Assembly: GCA_044869275.1 (NCBI GenBank)
Contig: JBIOXB010000233.1
Location: 1 to 18,660 of the forward strand
Direction of reading: 5' to 3'
Origin: a bacterium
GTDB lineage: Bacteria > Zhuqueibacterota > Zhuqueibacteria > Zhuqueibacterales > Zhuqueibacteraceae
Length of the DNA: 18,660 nucleotides
Shown here: positions 15,710-18,660 of the stretch, one piece after another
Numbering within the stretch: position 1 is the first letter of the stretch
Layout of the letters: each line of letters begins with the position of its first letter
Notes under the pieces: model-generated
What the model saw: only the letters and a program-made list of their open reading frames with translations
Databases searched by the model: none
Told to the model about the DNA's origin: nothing
Made by a program: the position numbers and the translations under genes

Positions 15710-17248
15710 TCACTTGGATAAAATACCCTGCAAGCTTTTCTTGTCAATTTTCCCAATCGCTGTTTTCGGCAATTCTTTCACGAAAACGATTTGTTGCGGC
15801 AGCTTGTATTTGGCCAGGCGTTCGCGCATGAATTCCAAAATCTCGGCTTCACTGACGGCATGCCCGGCCTCGGCCACCACGAAAGCTCTGCCCACCTCTC
15901 CCCATTTTACATGCGGTACGCCTATCACCGCGGCTTCGGCAACGCCGGGATGCGCATGCATCACACTCTCGACTTCAGCCGGATAAACATTCTCGCCGCC
16001 GCTGATGTACATGTCTTTGCTGCGGCCGATGATGTAGAAATAGCCTTCTTCATCCTGTTGCGCCAAATCGCCGGTGTGCAACCAGCCCCCACGCAAAATC
16101 TCGGCAGTGGCTGCGGGCTTGTTCCAATAACCCGGCGTAACATGCGGCCCGCGAATCAAAAGCTCTCCGGCTTCACCAGGAGCGCAGGCGGCCCCGTCCG
16201 GACGAACGACTTTCATGTCGATGTGGAAATTGGGATAACCCACGGAGCCGGCTTTGCGGCGCACGTCTGCCTGCGGCAGCCAAAAATTGTTGCCTGAGGC
16301 TTCGGTGAGGCCGTAGCCCATTTTGAAATCCACGCCGCGCGCCCAAAATTTTTCCATCACCGGCATGGGGCACGGCGCGCCGCCGCTGATCATCAGCTTG
16401 AGCCGGGAGAAATCAGTATGGTGCCAGCGCGGATGCTGTTGCATCAGCACGAACATCGTCGGCACCCCCACGAAATGCGTGAGGCCGCCGTGCGCGATCA
16501 AATCGAAGGTCTGCTCCAATTCGAATTGTTTGCAAAGCACCGTTTTGCCGCCCACGTGCACCAGCGGCAGCATGAAAATGTTCGGCCCGCCGATGTGAAA
16601 GATCGGCAATTGCAACGCGGCGCAGTCGTCAGCCGCCAGCCCCCAGCTCATGACGGTATTGATGCTGTTCCAGGCCATGTTGCCGTGGGTGAGAATCGCG
16701 CCCTTGGGCAGGCCCGTGGTGCCGCCGGTGTAATAAATGCCCCAGGGATCGTCCATGTGCAAATCGGGTCGATCCCGCAGAATCGGGTCATGTTCATCTC
16801 TTTCGGCGAAGAGCTTGTCGCCCACAAGCGCGCGTTGATCGAGGGCGATCACTGCACGAACCGTTTTAAAATACGGTCGCAATGCGTTGACCTGGTCGCG
16901 CCATTCGCCGGAATAAATCAAGACCTTTGGCTCAGCATCGTTGACGATGCCCTGCAGCTCGTGAACCGTCAGCCGCCAATTGAGATTGTGCAGAATCGCG
17001 CCAATTTTTCCGCAGGCGAAGAACAAATCCAAATACTCGGCGCAATTGCCTGCATAAACTGAAACGCGATCGCCTTTTTCCACGCCGAGCTGGCGCAAAA
17101 AATTGGCGGCGCGATTGGCTTGCGCATTCCATTCGGCAAAGGTGAAATCGCGGCCAGTGCTGGTGTCATGCAAGGCCACGCGCGAGGGCGTCAATTTCGC
17201 GCGCTTGTCCAGCCAGTCGGTGACGTAGAAAGATTTCTGCTTTTCCAT
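15710..17248 (-). CDS. AMP-forming acyl-CoA synthetase (fatty/aryl acid--CoA ligase, FadD/MenE-like superfamily)
   Basis: YTGGTTGLPKG, GYGLTE, GWLHTGDLA, GRSKDMYISGGENVYPAEVE, LPKTAIGKIDK motifs. Start ATG 17248 with SD GGAG; 512 aa. Confidence 0.95.
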   Translation of the reverse strand: MEKQKSFYVTDWLDKRAKLTPSRVALHDTSTGRDFTFAEWNAQANRAANFLRQLGVEKGDRVSVYAGNCAEYLDLFFACGKIGAILHNLNWRLTVHELQGIVNDAEPKVLIYSGEWRDQVNALRPYFKTVRAVIALDQRALVGDKLFAERDEHDPILRDRPDLHMDDPWGIYYTGGTTGLPKGAILTHGNMAWNSINTVMSWGLAADDCAALQLPIFHIGGPNIFMLPLVHVGGKTVLCKQFELEQTFDLIAHGGLTHFVGVPTMFVLMQQHPRWHHTDFSRLKLMISGGAPCPMPVMEKFWARGVDFKMGYGLTEASGNNFWLPQADVRRKAGSVGYPNFHIDMKVVRPDGAACAPGEAGELLIRGPHVTPGYWNKPAATAEILRGGWLHTGDLAQQDEEGYFYIIGRSKDMYISGGENVYPAEVESVMHAHPGVAEAAVIGVPHVKWGEVGRAFVVAEAGHAVSEAEILEFMRERLAKYKLPQQIVFVKELPKTAIGKIDKKSLQGILSK

Positions 17249-17284
17249 ATGGCTCCACATTGCCAAAAGAAGTCAAGCATTGTC

Positions 17285-17428
17285 GGATTGTTGGATCATT
17301 GGATTGAGGGATCATCGGATGAATGGATCATTGGATTGATGGAGTGATGGGTTCATCGCATGATCTAAGATCCAAACTCCATCAATCCAGCAATCCATCA
17401 ATCCATCAATCCACCTATCCGCCATTCC
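17285..17428. repeat. Octamer tandem arrays in inverted orientation (long imperfect hairpin)
   Basis: Eight GGA-initiated units (GGATTGTT GGATCATT GGATTGAG GGATCATC GGATGAAT GGATCATT GGATTGAT GGAGTGAT; 17285-17348), a spacer, then seven TCC-ending units (CAAACTCC ATCAATCC AGCAATCC ATCAATCC ATCAATCC ACCTATCC GCCATTCC; 17373-17428). Confidence 0.88.
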
Positions 17429-17473
17429 CTCTCTCCAGTCCTCCAGCCATACGCTCGTCCAAAACGCTGAGCT

Positions 17474-18517
17474 TCACGCTGGACCCCATCTCACACACGC
17501 CGCACCCCACACATATCCAATGCCGGCGCCGACGATCACCATCAAATCACCCTCACGCAATCGTCCTTGTTTCTCGCCCTCGATCATTGAAATAATGCTG
17601 TCCTGTTCGCCAATGTGGCCGTAATCTCCCAGATAAACCGACTGCTCCTCGCGCAGGCCGAGATGCTGCAGCATTTCACGATGTGCCGAGGGTTTGACCA
17701 GAATCATATTGAGATAATCGATGTCCGCGCGGGTGAGCGGCTGGCCTGTGGAGAGCGTGCCACTCTTGCGCAACGCCTCGTCGATGCAACGCAGCCAGTT
17801 TCGCATCGAGACTTCGTTGAGACGGCTCTTCATGGCTTCCGGCTCGACCAGATCGAAGTAGAATCGTCCGTGCGCGACGGCTTGGTCGGTCGGGTGCTGT
17901 ACGGTGCCGCTCGCCGGGATGATGACATGCTTGCTCATCGAGCCGTCGCTGAGCAGATGACTGGCCAGCACCCGATTGCGCGGCCAGTTCTTGTGCAACA
18001 ACATCGCCCCCGCGCCCGCGCCAATATTGAATAGAAACGAGGTGCGGTCATTCTTGAAATTGATGAAATCCGCAACGCGATAGCCTCCGGCGATCAAGAC
18101 CGTATTGATCTCGGGATCCGCCAGCATCATATCCTGTGCGGTTTTGATCGCGGCGATCGTGGTGCAGCAGCGCATGTGAAGGTCCATGGCCCAGGCATTG
18201 GTCGCGCCGATTTCATTCGCCAGGTCGATGCCGGCAGTCCACAGCAGATACTCTTTCCACTCTTCCGTGGTGCACAGAACGACGTCTATCTCTTCGGGCT
18301 TGAGGTCGCAGTTGGACAGGCAATTTTGCGCCGCCTTCACTGCCATTTGATTGGGATGCTCCTCCGGCCCGGCGATATGCTTTTTTTGGATGCCCAATTT
18401 TTCACGCACCACCCATTCCGGCATGCCGCTCTGCTGCGCAATCTCGGCCGCGGTGATGAAAGTCTCGGGCAAATACATGCCGGTGCTGACGATGCCGGCG
18501 GTGGTGTGTGGGGTCAT
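17474..18517 (-). CDS. FabH-like 3-oxoacyl-ACP synthase III family protein (atypical active site)
   Basis: GIVSTGMYLPE, EKLGIQKKHIA, WAMDLHMRCCTT (catalytic Cys region), GAGAGAMLL, YGHIG, GDLMVIVGAGIGYVWGAACVRW: KAS III fold. Confidence 0.88.
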   Translation of the reverse strand: MTPHTTAGIVSTGMYLPETFITAAEIAQQSGMPEWVVREKLGIQKKHIAGPEEHPNQMAVKAAQNCLSNCDLKPEEIDVVLCTTEEWKEYLLWTAGIDLANEIGATNAWAMDLHMRCCTTIAAIKTAQDMMLADPEINTVLIAGGYRVADFINFKNDRTSFLFNIGAGAGAMLLHKNWPRNRVLASHLLSDGSMSKHVIIPASGTVQHPTDQAVAHGRFYFDLVEPEAMKSRLNEVSMRNWLRCIDEALRKSGTLSTGQPLTRADIDYLNMILVKPSAHREMLQHLGLREEQSVYLGDYGHIGEQDSIISMIEGEKQGRLREGDLMVIVGAGIGYVWGAACVRWGPA

Positions 18518-18523
18518 GAGGCG

Positions 18524-18660
18524 TTAGATTTTCTGGTTCTTCTTGAGAATCTGTGGGTAAACTCGTGTGGTCATTTGATTACTGTATTTTGTTCTTAAGG
18601 CATCGTCATAAGAATGGTCAGAACTCTGGCCTAAAACAAGAACGGAGAAGACCCTAGCCT
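18524..18660 (-). CDS. Possible 3' end of an upstream AT-richer gene
   Basis: Open frame from the window edge (...ARVFSVLVLGQSSDHSYDDALRTKYSNQMTTRVYPQILKKNQKI*) ending TAA 6 nt before the FabH-like ATG; no recognisable motif. Confidence 0.3.
   Translation of the reverse strand, partial: ARVFSVLVLGQSSDHSYDDALRTKYSNQMTTRVYPQILKKNQKI

Noticed and set aside
15710..17248. Assignment as menE or as an NRPS adenylation domain
   Set aside because: No men genes or carrier-protein/condensation domains nearby; motifs support only a generic acyl-CoA ligase.
17323..17595. ORFs 17323..17595(+) and 17120..17347(+)
   Set aside because: Low-complexity translations of the octamer arrays, overlapping real genes on the opposite strand.

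Overview
All supported genes lie on the minus strand of a moderately GC-rich genome. The organism is probably diderm, since it encodes a TonB-dependent receptor; an FCB-related lineage is a guess only. Bases 1-11.2 kb hold a division/cell-wall (dcw) operon: mraZ-rsmH-ftsL-ftsI(2xPASTA)-murF-mraY-ftsW-murG-ftsQ-ftsA(partial). It has a near-consensus sigma70 promoter followed immediately by six 10-bp-phased MraZ-type boxes. The operon keeps ancestral order but cleanly lacks murE, murD and murC (also murB/ddl), i.e. exactly the three ligases that build UDP-MurNAc-tripeptide, while MurF and everything downstream is intact. FtsL carries a long Lys/Ala/Pro-rich N-terminal tail. Bases 11.7-18.5 kb hold an accessory unit: a FabH-like ketosynthase with a non-canonical catalytic triad, an acyl-CoA ligase, a TonB-dependent receptor and an MFS transporter. 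Many of the larger intergenic gaps carry structured repeats: 7/8-mer tandem arrays arranged as inverted hairpins, REP-like palindromes, and a 6x14-bp perfect tandem expansion inside a REP-like element.
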